A DNA stretch of 64,000 nt from Isurus oxyrinchus. Its lineage: Eukaryota. A program made the position numbers and the translations under genes. The stretch spans positions 143,158,001 through 143,222,000 of the forward strand of contig JANJGN010000004.1 in assembly GCA_026770705.1 (NCBI GenBank), given 5' to 3'. This document shows positions 1 to 12,880 of this stretch, one piece after another (within the stretch, counting starts at the first letter, position 1; each line of letters begins with the position of its first letter). The notes under the pieces are model-generated. The model saw nothing but the letters and a program-made list of their open reading frames with translations, searched no databases and had not been told where the DNA came from.

Positions 1-320
1 CCCATCTTTAGGATGAGATGTTAAACTGAGGCACCATCTGCTGTCTTGGATCAACATTTAAAAAATCCCATTGCATTATTTCAAAGGAGAGCAGAGGAGT
101 TCTTCCCAGTATCCTGATCAACAATTATTCCTCAGCCAACCTCACTAAAGCAGATTATCTGATTGTTAGCATAGTGCTATTTGAGAGACCTTGCTGTGCA
201 AAATGGGCTGCTGCTTTTCCGATATGCTATGGTAACTTACTCTTTAAAAAGTACTCAGTTGGCTGTAAAGTACCATGGGACCAAATGAGGGGTGCTAAAA
301 ATGAAAGTCTTTCTTTCATT
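1..320 (+). mobile_element. Deu-domain SINE (SacSINE1/AmnSINE1-like), 5' part outside the window
   Basis: Contains ggatgagatgttaaactgagg...cagattatctg...ccttgctgtgcaaaatgggctgctgc...ggctgtaaag, the Deu domain plus L2-type tail as I recall it. Similar copies recur in the window. Confidence 0.75.
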
Positions 321-509
321 TTAGTGTTATAATGTTCTAAATAGTTGTGTATTTTATTTACAAATACATTGTAGTTGGTTCTTCTGAAATGTCATATTGA
401 AACACTTTTTTTCCAAGTTATTTTGCTGATTAAAAAAATCTTCAAGGAAAAGATCACATTTAATTGGAGAAAGAATATTATTGCTGACAATTTTCTCCTT
501 TTTTTTGAT

Positions 510-2230
510 TCACTCACTCCACGTGATATCAAGCAATGGCTGAATGCATTGGGTAGAGGGCAATGGGCCCTGACAACATCCCGGCTGCAGTACTGAAGAC
601 TAGTGCTCCAGAACAAGCCATGCCCTCAGTCAAACAATTCCAATGCAGCTACAACGCTGGTATCTACTCGACAATGGGGAAAATTTCCCAGGTATGTCTT
701 GTCCAGAAAAAGCAGGACATATCCAGCCAATTACCTCCCCATCAGTCTACTCTCAATCGTTGGTAAAGCGATGAAAGGTATTGTCGGCAATGCTACCAAG
801 CATTGCTTACTCGACAATAACCCTGCTCACCAGAGCTCCAATTTGGCTCTGCCAAGCCATTCAGCTCCTGACATCATTACAGCCTTGGTCCAAACATGGG
901 CAAAAGGGCTGAATCCCGTGGGTGAGGTGAGAGTAACTGCTCTTAACATCAAGACAGCATTTGACTGAGTAAGATAGCAGTAAAATAAAACTGAAGTCGG
1001 TGGGAATCAGGGGTAAACTCTCCACTTGGAGTCATATCTAGCCAAAGGAAGTTGTTGGAGGAGAATCATCTCAGCCCAGGACACCACTGCAGAAGTTCCT
1101 CAGGGCTGTGTTCTAGGCCCAATCATCTTCAGCTGCTTCATCAATGACCTTCCCGCCCCCACATTGTAAAGCCAAAAGTGGGGATGTTTGCTGATGATTG
1201 CACAGCATTCAGTACCATTTACAACTCCTCAGATAATGAAACACTCCATGCTTGTATGCAACAAGATCTGGACAACATTCTGGCTTGGGCTGATAAGTGG
1301 CAAGTGACATTCATGCTACACTAGTGCCAACAAGAGGGAATCTAACCATCATCCCTTTGATCCACTGTATTACCATCACTGAAGCCTCCATCATCAACAT
1401 CCTAAGGCAACCATTGACCAGAATTTTAATTGGACAAGCCATATAACTAGTTTGGCTACAAGAACAGTTCAGAGGCTAGAAATTCTGCAGCATGTAACTT
1501 GCCTCCTGAATCCCCAAAGCCTGTCCACAATCTACAAGGCACAAGGCAAAAACCTGATGCCTGGATGAGTGCAGCTCCAACAATATGCAGGAAGCTTGAC
1601 ACCATCCAGGACACAGCAACTCTCATGATCGGAAGCCCATATACCACCTTAAGCATCCACTCTACCGCCGGCACAGAGTGGCAGCAGTGAATACCATCCG
1701 CAAGATGCACAGCAGCAACTCGCCAAGGTTCCTTTTGAAAGCATCTTCTACACCCATGACCTGTATCACCTAGTATGACAAGGGCAGCAGACCCATGGGA
1801 ACATCACCTCTTACAGGTTCTCTTTCAAGTTGCACACCGTCCTGACATTGAACATGGGCCAGATTTTCACGGGGCCTTTTCAATAGCCCACCTTGGCACT
1901 TGGCAGCCTCTGAGGCCACCTTTGATCTGCGTCTGAGGATGGTGGGCCTAACTCCTCCACCTTGCACCTGTCTATACCACCACCCCCACCCCCCCCCCCC
2001 CCCAATCCTGAGCAAAAATCACACCATTTGGGACACTTTTTCCTGAGGTGGGTGCATCGAGCTGGGAAATTTCCTAACTCGATCTACCAGCCTCTGGAGC
2101 AAAAATCTGGCTCTTTATCACTGTTCCTTCTTTGGCGCTGGGTCAAAAACTTAGAATTCCGTCCTTGACATGTGCTATACCTCACAACCTGCAGCAGTTC
2201 AAGAAGGTGGCTCCCAAGTTTTTTAAAAAA
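510..2230 (+). mobile_element. 5'-truncated LINE, family A (CR1/L2-group RT), interrupted by a MITE at 1856-2113
   Basis: Frameshifted RT pieces GPDNIP, NYLPISLLSIVGKAM, ALNIKTAFD, VPQGCVLGP. The 3' region is shared with copies at 9255, 39935, 55755 and 61170. Confidence 0.85.
1856..2113. mobile_element. Harbinger-type MITE
   Basis: Imperfect 13-bp TIRs gggccagattttc (1856-1868) / aaaaatctggctc (2101-2113). The LINE-A tail is continuous across it (cctgacattgaacat | tttatcactgttcc). Confidence 0.65.
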
Positions 2231-2354
2231 AAGTCATAAATGAAATAATTGAAATTAAAACTAAGAATGCGGGCATGTATTTCCATAATTCTTTTGTTGG
2301 TGTTATCTTTTCAACTGGAACTGCCATAGATCCCACTTGCTGATTTCTTGCTTT

Positions 2355-2570
2355 TTTTGACCATGGGATGTAGGCACCCCTGACAATGCCAGCATTTATT
2401 GCCAACCTCTAACTGCACTTGAGAAGGTGGTGGTAAGTTGCCTTCTTGAAAAGCTACAATCCATTTCATATAGGCACACCCACAGTACTGTTAGGGAGGG
2501 AGTTCCAGGATTTTGACCCAGTGACCGTGAAGGAATGGCAGTGGATTTCCAGGATGGTGTGTGACTTAAG
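2355..2570 (-). mobile_element. LINE family A 3' end fragment
   Basis: Reverse complement of the family-A tail (gccagcatttattgcc...cttgagaaggtggtggt...gagttccaggattttgacccag). Confidence 0.8.
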
Positions 2571-3674
2571 AGTGGGGAAAGGTATCCTGTATGAAAATTA
2601 AGTTAGTTTGCAACACTGGAAATGCCTATTTTATTTTATAAGCAAAATTTAAATAAAATTGTTTCTCACCTTATGCAGATTACCATGTTATAGACTTTGT
2701 GGTGAAATGTGAAGCACTTGGTCATGCTGAAGTATAATTCCATAGGCATCTAATGCCTTCTGTGTTTTACACTAGCATCCATTCTGTTATGCATTTAGAC
2801 AGTTTATGTCAACAGTCTGTTTGACTGGTCCAACATTGCAAATTGTGTTTGCTCTCACATCAGCCCTTTCAGGATAGATAACCCTGGTTCATTTCCTTCC
2901 CACCACCAAACTAGCATAGTGGTCTTGAGACCAATTGTAGCACAATCATCCAGTTGCTCAGCAAAGACTAAGTACTTTTGAGAAGACTGGTCAGTAAGTT
3001 CTTTGTTCTACGTAGGCAATACGTTTATTGATTTGATTTTATTGCTTCTATTTATTGCAGATTTTTCACATTTGTTTTTGATCACAGAAGTTTTGATGAA
3101 TTCTTGAAATTTATATCATGCATTTAATTTCTCATAGGTGAAAAATTACAGCACAATTACATATGTGGAATTATATTCAATTTTCTGTACTGGCAGCTAA
3201 TAAACTTGCAATATACACTTATGTCCAAGCTGAGAAGGCTCCCTAGATCTCTGCCAGTGCTGATCAGTTGCCAGCTAGAATGTGTATGAGGGAGGGCTGG
3301 AATAACTTGAGTTTTGTTTTCTGTCACCTCCAAATCAGCATCCAGTTCCCAAATGCTTATCTGCAGAAATTCCAATTGAGCTGCAGTATTTTACTCTGCG
3401 TCTGATTTCAATGAAATAACTAAAATAGAAATAAAAATGCCTAGGAGGTAGGAAATTTCATTTTAGAACCAAAGAGAAGGGAGAATACACATGCATAGAC
3501 ATGTGCATAGCCCTCTTTCTCTTCCTTGTCTTTGAGCTTACCATGTAGGCTGCCATGGTACTTCTTACCCAACTTGTGGATTTTTGCTTTATTTAGAGCT
3601 GGGAAAAATGTTTAATTCTGATTCAGTGCACTTTTTTATTCTGCAATATTAGAATTTTCTTTTTTTTTTGTTGA

Positions 3675-4960
3675 TTGTTTTGGAACAAAATCAATAGTCA
3701 CTTAGACAAGTGCATGATAGCTAAGGAAAACCAGCATGGATTCATTAAGGGAAAATCATATTTAGCTAACTTGCTTGAGCTTTTTGGGGAGGTACAGAAG
3801 ATTGATAAGGGCAACACTGTTGATGTGGTGTATATGGATTTTCAAAAGGCATTTGATACAGTGCCACACAACAGACTTGTGAGAATAATTCTAGCTCATG
3901 GAATAAAAGGAGAGTAGGTACTTGGATAAGAAATTGGCTGAGTAACAGGAAATAGAAAGTAGTGATAAATGGTTGTTTTTCAGATTGGAGGAAGGTCTGG
4001 AGTGGAGTTCCCCAGGGATCAGTGTTGGGACCCTTGCTCTTCTTGATATATATTAATGACCTAGACTGTGGTGTTCAGGGCATGATTTCTAAATTTGCAG
4101 ATTTTACGAAGATTGGAAACATTGTCAACTGTGATGAAGATAATCTTGAACTTCAAAGGACATAGACATGTTGGTGGATTGGGCACACAAGTGGCAGGTG
4201 AAGTTTAATGCAGAGAAGTGTGAGGTGATTCATTTTGGCAGGATGAATATGGAGAAACTCTAAAAGAGTTGCAGGAACAGAGGGACCTCAGTGTATATGT
4301 ACATAAGTCTTTGAAGATGACAAGGCATGTTGAGAGAGCAGATAGTAAAGCATTTAGTATCTTAAGCCTTATTAATAGGGGCATTGAGTGCAAGATAAAG
4401 GACGCCATGTTGAACTTGTAGAAAAGCCTCATCTGGAGTACTGAGTCCAGTTCTGGGCCCCATAATTGAGGAAGGATGTGAAGGCATTGGAGAGAGTACA
4501 GAGGAGATTCACAAAAATGATTCCAGGTATAAAGAACTGTAGTCAAGAGGGTAGATTGGAGAGATTTGGACTCTCTTCCTTGGAGAAAAGAAGGCTGAAA
4601 GGAGACTTGATAGAGATATTCAAGATCCTGAGGGGTACGGACAGGGTAAAAAGTGACAAACAGTTCCCACTCGAGACCATCAAGCACTAGAGGGCACAGA
4701 TTCAAAATAATTGGCAAAAGGAGTAAAAGTGATGTGAGGAAAAATTTTTCACCCAGACGGTGGTTGAAGTCTGGAACAAACTCCTTGAGAGGGTGGTGGA
4801 AGCAGGTTTGATCAAGGTATTCAAAGGGAATTGCATTGTTATCTGAAAAGAGTGCAAGGTTACAGGGATAAGGCAGGGAAGTGGAACTAGGTAGAGTAAC
4901 CTTTTTAAGAACCATTGCAGATTCCTTGAACCGAATGGCCACCTTTTGCACTGCAAAGAT
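3675..4960 (+). mobile_element. CR1 (HER1-like) LINE, 5'-truncated RT-to-3' end
   Basis: [68 protein letters not shown], with stops and frameshifts. Confidence 0.9.
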
Positions 4961-5162
4961 CGTGTTTTATAGTTAAAGTAAATTGATAACATCAAAATAA
5001 ATACTGTAGAGGCATCAAGATTATTTAAGTGCTCTTTTTACGATACATAAAGGCAATGTGTCTATTCATATTACTCTTGGGTGTATGCAAAATACTGAAT
5101 GAAATTCCTCTCAAATTAACTGCTCTTTTTTTCATTCTCTTTTCTTCACCACCTATATTTAG

Positions 5163-5223
5163 GGTTTGCAAACTTTTCTGACAGCGCTTTGCAGTTCCTT
5201 GAGAAACAAGGCCTGGAATCCCA
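5163..5223 (+). CDS. TMEM161B: TMEM161B internal coding exon (61 bp): (G)[19 protein letters not shown](Q)
   Basis: Polypyrimidine tract and AG at 5161-5162, donor GTAGGT at 5224. The peptide matches vertebrate TMEM161B [21 protein letters not shown] (from memory), and the phase fits the next exon. Confidence 0.95.
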
Positions 5224-5504
5224 GTAGGTTGAATAAGTTTTACTTTTATAATAGTGGTTGTTCGTGTAATTACAAAACAGCTCTGCTTTTGTGATGAAAT
5301 ATAAGTTTATGATTTTTCAGTTGCTATTGTGCATTTTCTATAGTGTAGTTAATGCTAGTTACCATGGTTCATATATTTCCAATGCGTAAACATTTGGAGA
5401 GAATAAAATTTGAAGGATAAATAGAACAATTGTACAATATTCATTTAGGATATTAACATTTTATTCTGAATGGCGTAAGTCTATAGGAATGGACAGTAAA
5501 GGAT

Positions 5505-6255
5505 TCCTTCACATTTGAGAGGACCATACAGGACTTGCATATATAGCAATGCTGTGCCAATATGCTCATTTGACATTGCTAGCCTATTCACCAATGTTCC
5601 ACCTAAGGTAGTCATATCTATTTGCGCTGCAGCACTATATCATGGCGTTTTAGACCCATCGCCTTTGTGTGAATCAGTATTCCTTGAGCTTATGAACTCG
5701 GCAACCCGCGCAGTTGAGTTCAGTTTTAATAACATTATGTATACCCAAATAGATGGTGTTATCATGGGACACTCTCTAAGTCCAGTTCTTGCAAACATCT
5801 TTGTTGGGTTCTGTAAGAAACGTGTCTTCGACAGAATGACACCTAATCTCCTACCCCTTTCATATTTCCAATATGTGGATGATATATTTGCCGTATTGAA
5901 ATCCACAGCTACCTGTAATAATTTCCTTGCATGTCTTAATGGGCTCCATCCTGCGCTCAAATTCAACTTTGAAATAGAGCAGGCAAATTAACTCCCTTTC
6001 CTTGACGTACTAGTTGAGAAATCTGCCAGGGGGTTCTCTACCACATTCTACTGCAAGTCTGCCTTCGCTGGTCAACATACCCATTGGGATTCTTACAGTT
6101 CCACACGCTACGAGATTGGCCTTATTGACAACCTTGTGAAGAGAGCCTAAGCCATTTGGTCACCATGCAAGATTGATGCTGAAAAAGGGCACATGAAAAA
6201 GCACCCTGCGAGATAATGGCTACCCTGATAAGATCATTTTGCGCTACATATTACT
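5505..6255 (+). mobile_element. Penelope-like element reverse transcriptase fragment
   Basis: SFDIASLFTNVP, YTQIDGVIMGHSLSPVLANIFV, YFQYVDDIF, LNGLHPALKF, then LPFLDVLV...NGYP after a stop. These are PLE RT/thumb motifs. Confidence 0.9.
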
Positions 6256-6880
6256 CTTTTCTTATTTAAGTACTTGTGGAAACTCCTAGTATCTGTTTTT
6301 ATATTACTAGCTGGCTTTCTCTCATATGATTCTTTCTCCCTCTTTTTTTTTTAGTCATTATTTGCTGTTGCTTAAAATTTGACCAATCTTCTAACCTACC
6401 GCTAATCCTTACAGAATTGTACACTGTTTCTTTCAATTTGATACTATCCTTAACTTCCTTATTTAGCCATTGATGATGCATCCCTTTGAGTCTTTTTCTC
6501 TCACTGGTATAAATCTTTGCGGAGAGTTATCAAATATCTCTTTGAAAGTCTGCCACTGCATCTCCACTGTTTTAGCTTTTTAAGTTAGTTCCCCAATTCA
6601 CTTTAGCTAGATCTGCTTTCAGACCTTATTACCTTTATTCAGGTTTAAAACACTAGTCTTAGACTCTCACTTTTCCCCTTCAGACTGAACTTGAAGTTCT
6701 GTCATGTTATGATTGCTGTCACCTAGAGGCTCCTTTACTATGAGGATATTGATTAATCCTGTCTATTACTTATTACCAGGTTCAGAATAGCCTGCTCCCT
6801 GATTGGCTCTAGAATGTACTGCTCTAAGAAATTGTCCCAAGTACACTCTGTGAACTCATATGCCAGGCTACTTTGCCAGT
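6256..6880 (-). mobile_element. CR1 ORF2 fragment (endonuclease-RT linker)
   Basis: Minus-strand WLNKEVKDSIKLKETVY...EDWSNFKQQQ and QYILEPIREQAILNLV-like sequence, homologous to 52730-53300. Confidence 0.75.
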
Positions 6881-7120
6881 CGGATTCATGGTATAGCACT
6901 TAGGTACATCAATATGTGTCACAATGAATTAAGTATGAATGATTATAGCAATTGAAATATTGTTTTTAAATAATCAGTAAATCTAACATCCAAGTTGAAG
7001 TTTTTGTTAACTGATTATCATTTATAATTTACAGTATTTGGAGTTGAAGGACCTTGTTTGTTTTCTCTTTTTGAACAACCATTTTCAGTATTTTTGTGCA
7101 TGATTAATGGTTTTTTTTAA

Positions 7121-7285
<165 letters not shown>

Positions 7286-7497
7286 TAAGAAAGTTATTAT
7301 GATGATTAAATTAATGAAACATCTCCATTGTAAAATCTAAAGGAACTTAAACCATTTGCAAATGTTATCTACAATAATTCCTAGAATCAAAGCAAATTGG
7401 GTGGACTATTCTAGAATTCAATATAGCATATGAACAATTGTAAATTTATTGTTTCTGTCACCTTATATCCATATACTCACTGAAGTCAAAAGGCTCC

Positions 7498-7794
7498 TGT
7501 TATGTTCTACTGCGGGGTCAGTTTGCCCTCGAACCGGTTGCACGCTTATCTGTCGGCGGGTGATTCGATAACAATATACTGCAGATGCAGAGACCAATAT
7601 GCAATGAAGCGAAGCACGTGCTATTTATTTACACAGGCAACAGAGCACTAACATGATGTGTGCTTCTCTAACCAGACCCTACTATCGACTAACATTAACA
7701 TTGTAGCCTGTGCTACACAGCTATTGGATCATACAGCCACGTGGTCAATCTGCTCACATTCTCTTAAAGGTGTATTGCACCTCAGATTACAGCA
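7498..7794 (-). mobile_element. Solo LTR (297 bp)
   Basis: TG...CA termini and a perfect 5-bp TSD gctcc (7493-7497 / 7795-7799). AATAAA lies on the minus strand (tttatt ~7624), and the element is CpG-rich relative to its flanks. Confidence 0.8.
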
Positions 7795-7899
7795 GCTCCA
7801 CAGACACTTGGAGAACTGGGACACTGAGGATTGCATTGTGCCATTCCAGTTTTATTATGCTGCTTGTTATATAACAGCTATCTCTTGCTGTCTCTTTCT

Positions 7900-9225
7900 T
7901 GACTCTTTTTAGTCCCATTCATATTTCATTTGCATTGATCCCATGTAAAAAGTCTTTGTAGTTGCAGTGTGGGCAGAAGCCAGCACAATTTCTTCAAAGA
8001 TACATGTATTTTGGCTCTCAGCAGTTTTGGGTTAGCATTTTACACCAGTTTCTTCACAACAAATCATGACTTCATAACATATCAATTTTATCACAAATCC
8101 TGGATCAGATGCAGGAAATCTCTTGAAATTAGAAAAGAGTAAAGATAACAATCACCTCTTGTCTGCTTCAGAAGCTCTGTGCCATCCCAATGACTTGTCT
8201 CTTCTTACGGCAACATGTGCTGATTTACCGCCAAGTATCATTGCAACCAACTCGCTAGTTCTAATTTTCAGAGATCAACCTATCTGAAACAAAGTACTTG
8301 TGGGTGCAGAAAATATGCTCAGGCTCCACCTCCTCTAAATTCAGATTGATCAGTAAAGAGAATGTCATTGCTGGATATGTCCACTTGTTCTCTGAAAATT
8401 GGTGCTTTTAAAGGTGAGATCTAACAGTGTCAATGATGTGTAATTAACATTCTAAAACTGATGGATGAGCTTCAAGTCCTTGTACAGGGATACTAGATTG
8501 ATGAGTTTGGAATTATAGTCAATTGGTTAGCTGGTGCAGTTGGCCCTCTGATTGCTTTAATGTTAGATCCAAGTTAGATGAAGTTAGATTCCCCCTCCTG
8601 TACTGTTGCTAAATGAACCCTTGTTAATACTTAAGTTCCATGAAAGGTGAACTTCTTTTGCTTTTCTTTGCATTCTCCAAAACATCAGTGAATTTCAAGT
8701 CCATAATGGATATAAGAAACCTGAACAAGTTTCTTGTGTAGGAATTCAGTTTCTCTCTCAAGAGTGGCTAAATGCTCAGGATTTCCTGTTGAAAGAGAGG
8801 TTACACAACTGTTAGCAGTTCAGCTTGTTCTTTTTCAAATTAAGATCTCTGAAGTTGCAATACATGCTGAACAATTTGGTGTATCTTATTGGAAAATTGA
8901 CTTAACCGAAAAGGCAAAAAGTGTTCAAGAGCATAATGTCACTGATAAAAGAACTGACATGTTCTTGCTGAGCATGAAGAACTTTGTGGTGCCATGCATC
9001 AGACACACAGCAGCTCTTCCGGAGAATGTCGTTTGGATATCCAGAAACTTGTTCAACATTTTATAGCTAGAGATAGGATACTGGCATTGGCTAACTAAAG
9101 ATGTAAATGCTGATCTTTTCTAGATTCTCATGCTGGGCTTTTTATGAGGTCACATTACATCTGTAATGTTTACATATGCTCACATATGCACATGTCCCAC
9201 TTAACACCAGACCCATTACATATTT
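7900..9225 (-). mobile_element. Possible highly decayed LTR-retrotransposon (gag-like region plus LTR-like end)
   Basis: Weak gag-like peptide across frameshifts on the minus strand (TTFSGRAA..DAWHHKFF..QEHVSSFISD). The minus strand starts tgtaatggg at ~9220, like an LTR 5' end. No firm domain. Confidence 0.3.
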
Positions 9226-9254
9226 AGTTAAAACAAGGACAGACAATCTAAATT

Positions 9255-11100
9255 CCAGAAGGGAGATGAGAATGACCACCCTGAAATCAGGACAGCATTT
9301 TACTTGAGTGTGGCATTAAAGAGCCCTCGTAAAATTGAAGTCAATGAGAATCAGGTGGAAAAACTCTCCACTGACTCGAGTCATGCCGAGCACAAAGGAG
9401 GATAGTTATGGTTGTTGGGGGCCAATCATCTCAGCTCCAGGACATCACTGAGGAAGTTCTTCAGCTCAGTGCCCTCTACCCAATGGTCTTCAGCCACATC
9501 ATCAATGATCTTCCCTTGATAATAAGGTCAGAAGTGGGTTTGTTCACTAAGTGTTCAGTTTCTTTCACAACTCTTCAGATAATGAAGCAGCCTGTGTCCA
9601 TATGCAGCAAGACCTGGGCAACTTTTACACTTTGGTGGTAAATGACAGGTAACATACATACCATGCAAGTGCCAGGCAATGATCATCTTCAACAAGGCAG
9701 AGTCTAACTACCTCTCCTTGACATGCAGTGGCATTACCATCACTGAAACCCCACCATCAACACCCTGGGGGTTGCCATTGACCAGTAACTTAATTGGATC
9801 AGCCATATTTTTACTGTGGTCATAATACTAGATCAGAGGCTGAATATTTTATGGTGAGGAACTCACCTTCTGACTCCCCAGAATCTTCCTACCATCTACA
9901 AGGCATACATTAGGAATCACAGAATCACACAGTGCAGAAGAGGCCCTTCAGCCCATCGAGTCGGCACCGACACATGAGAAACATCTGACCTACCTACCTA
10001 ATCCCATTTACCAGCATTTAGCCCATAGCCTTGAATATTATGACCAAGTGCTCATCCAGGTACTTTTTAAAGGATGTGAGGCAATTCGCCTCCACCACCC
10101 CTCCAGGCAGTGCATTCCAGACTGTCACCACCCTCTGGGTAAAAAGGTTTTGTCCTCACATCTGCCCCCTAAACCTCCTGCCCCTCACTTGAACTTATGT
10201 CACCTCGTGTGACTGACCTTTCAACTAAGGGGAACAGCTGCTCCCTATCCACCCTGTCCATGCCCCTGATAATCTTGTACACCTCGATCAGGTCGCCCCT
10301 CAGTCTTCTCTGCTCCAGTGAAAACAACCCAAGTCTATCCAACCTCTCTTTATAACTTAAATGTTTCATCCCAGGCAACATCCTGGTGAATCTGCTCTTC
10401 ACCCCCTCCAGTGCAATCGCATCCTTCCATAATGTGGCGACCAGAGCTGCACACCGTACTCCAGCTGTGGCCTCACCAAGGTTCTGTACAACTCCAACAT
10501 GACCTACCTACTTTTGTAATCGATGCCTCGATTGATAAAGACAAGTGTCCCATATGCCTTTTTTACCACCCCACTAACATGTCCCTCTGCCTTCAGAGAT
10601 TTATGGACACACATTCCAAGGTCCCTTTGTTCCTCAGAACTTCCTAGTGTGATTGAATATTCTCCATTTACCTGGATGAATGTAGCTCCAGTAACACTCA
10701 AGAATCATCCAGGACAAAGTAGCCTGCTTGATTAACATCCCATCCACCACCTTGAGCATTCACTCCTTGTGCCATCAGTGCACTGTCTACAAGATGCATT
10801 GCAGCAGTTCGCCTAGATTTCTTCTTCACACCTAAATCCACAACCTCTACCACCTAATAGAACAAGGACAGCGGGTGAATAGGAAACTGAGAGTTCCCCT
10901 TGAAGTCATCTACCATACTGACTTGGAAATATATCGTTGTTAACCTCATCATCATTCGAACAAGGAATTCCCTCCCTATCAGCACCGTGGGTGTACCTGC
11001 ACGACATGGATTGTGGAATTTCAAGAAGGCAGCTCACCACCTTACTAATCAGCAATAAACCTTAGCCTTACCAGTTGTACCCATGGAAAAATAAAAATAA
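9255..11100 (+). mobile_element. LINE family A, interrupted by an antisense CR1 (9916-10646)
   Basis: MVVGGQSSQLQDI...IINDLP...SEVGLF. The sequence resumes at agtgtgattgaatattctcc (10646) and ends in the family-A tail. Confidence 0.85.
9916..10646 (-). mobile_element. CR1 3' end, 5'-truncated, nested in LINE A
   Basis: RFTRMLPGMKHLSYKERLDRLGLFSLEQRRLRGDLIEVYKI, with an 8-bp repeat tail (atcacaga)n at the left end. Confidence 0.9.
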
Positions 11101-12149
11101 TCTCTTGGTTCATAAGCAGATCTAGGAGGATGGATTTGTTAGTCTGTTTCCTGCATTACAACACTGATTAAACTTCAGAAGCACTTAAATGGCTGTATGG
11201 TGCTTTAGGACGTCCTGAAGTTGTGAAAGGCCATCTGTAAATAAAAGTTCTCTGTCACTTCTCCGTTCATGTTTTCTTGTGCACAGTTGCAATCCTCAGT
11301 GGGTTTTATCCTCGTGAAAAATATATTGTGTCTTTCTTGACCAGGATAAATCTATAAAACATGATCTACAAGAGTCATAATCTTTGCTCTTTTACCAAAT
11401 ATTGTCTAGAACGAGTTACAAATGGAGGGTGTGACTGATGTTTGGAGAACAATGAATGGGGAGAAATATATATGTGACAGAAGTCATTGAGGAAAAATTT
11501 TCATGTGCCTCGCCCTATGATACTGCTCTTCCCTTAACTATTTAAATGATGTTTTGACATTGTAGTTTTTTGTTTTGAATCCAAGTTTCTACTAGTTTGG
11601 TTTTTACTCCCTTGCCATCAAGCTGCCCTCTTCCAGGCTCTGCAGCTCTCTGCCTTTTGCCACTCTTCCATTTTGGCTTTCCTAAATACAGTGCCAACAT
11701 GTTAGCTTTTGCCTTTGCACATTGGCTTTTTCTGAGTGGAACACATTCCATCACCTTCCCGAGGGTACAGAATTTTCACCATGCATATTGTACTTTGCAT
11801 TTTTTAATCCATAAGAATAACTAATGACTGCATGTTGATTACTCCTCATTACTTCAAAGATTTGGGACTCTGACTTCATAATGTTCTTGTTGCAGAGTGT
11901 TCCAAAATCATCCAACCGATGCTTATGGGGGTCTTGCTTTTGACATCAGACTGTAACCGTTTTTTTATGTTGCATAAAGTGTTTGCTCCACAGTCACCTG
12001 TAGAGAAAGTGATGTGTGACAAACCTTAGTTGTTGCTGCTGTTCTCCTGCAGCTGACAGGAATATAGGTAGGGGTGATATTTACATCAACAGGCTGGACA
12101 AAATCAAGAAAGCAGAAGTGGAAAATAGCAAGCTGTCTTTCGGATCAGA

Positions 12150-12665
12150 TGTAAGATCATATGAATCATAAGATCATATGAAATAGCAGGAGTAGGCCAT
12201 CTGGCCGATTGAGCTCACTCCACCAGTTAGACCCTGACTAATCTAATTGTAGCATTACCTTCACTTTTCTGCTTGTTTTCCACAACCCTTGACTCCATTG
12301 TCAAGCAAAAATCTACCTAACTCAGCATTGAATATATTTAATGACCAGTCTCCACAACTCTCTGTGGAAGAGAATTCCAAAAACTAACAACCTTCTAAGA
12401 GAAGAAATTCTTCTTAATCTCCTCCTTAAATGGGAGGCCCTTGATTTTGAAACTCTGCCCCATAGTCCTTGATTTCCCTCATGAGAGGAAACATCCTCTC
12501 AACATCTACCTTTTCAAGCCCCTCAGAATCATGTATGTTTCGATAAAATCACCTTTCATTCTTCTAAACTCCAATGAGTATAGGCCCAATCTGCTCTCAT
12601 AAGACAATCCCTTCTTACCAGGAATCAACCTAGTGAACTTTCTTCAAACTGCTTCCAATGCAAGT
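12150..12665 (-). mobile_element. CR1 3' end fragment
   Basis: Tail taagatcatatgaa repeats, agcaggagtaggccat, and agagaattcca...gagaagaaattc typical of the CR1 3' end. Confidence 0.85.
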
Positions 12666-12669
12666 AAGG

Positions 12670-12880
12670 ACATTAAATCTCTCAGGTCATCTTAAAAGAT
12701 CCCAAGCACTATTTGGAAGAAAAGCCTCGGAGTTATTCCCAGTGCTTTGGGCCAACATTTATCTCTCAATCAAAATCAAGAACAAAATTACCTGGTTATT
12801 ATCCCTAATTGCTGTTTGTGGAAGCTTGCTGGGTGCAAATCGGCTGCTGTATTTCCTAGATTACAACAGTAATTGCATGT
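12670..12880 (+). mobile_element. Deu-domain SINE fragment
   Basis: aaaagatcccaagcactatttggaag...ggccaacatttatc...gctgtttgtggaagcttgct, similar to 1-320. Confidence 0.7.

Noticed and set aside
4205-4951. 248-aa minus-strand ORF (also 51868-52575, 42985-43296 and similar)
   Set aside because: Antisense shadows of CR1 ORF2 or ORF1.
11260-12150. Possible additional coding or TE fragment
   Set aside because: Only short ORFs with no recognisable motif; I could not support any call.
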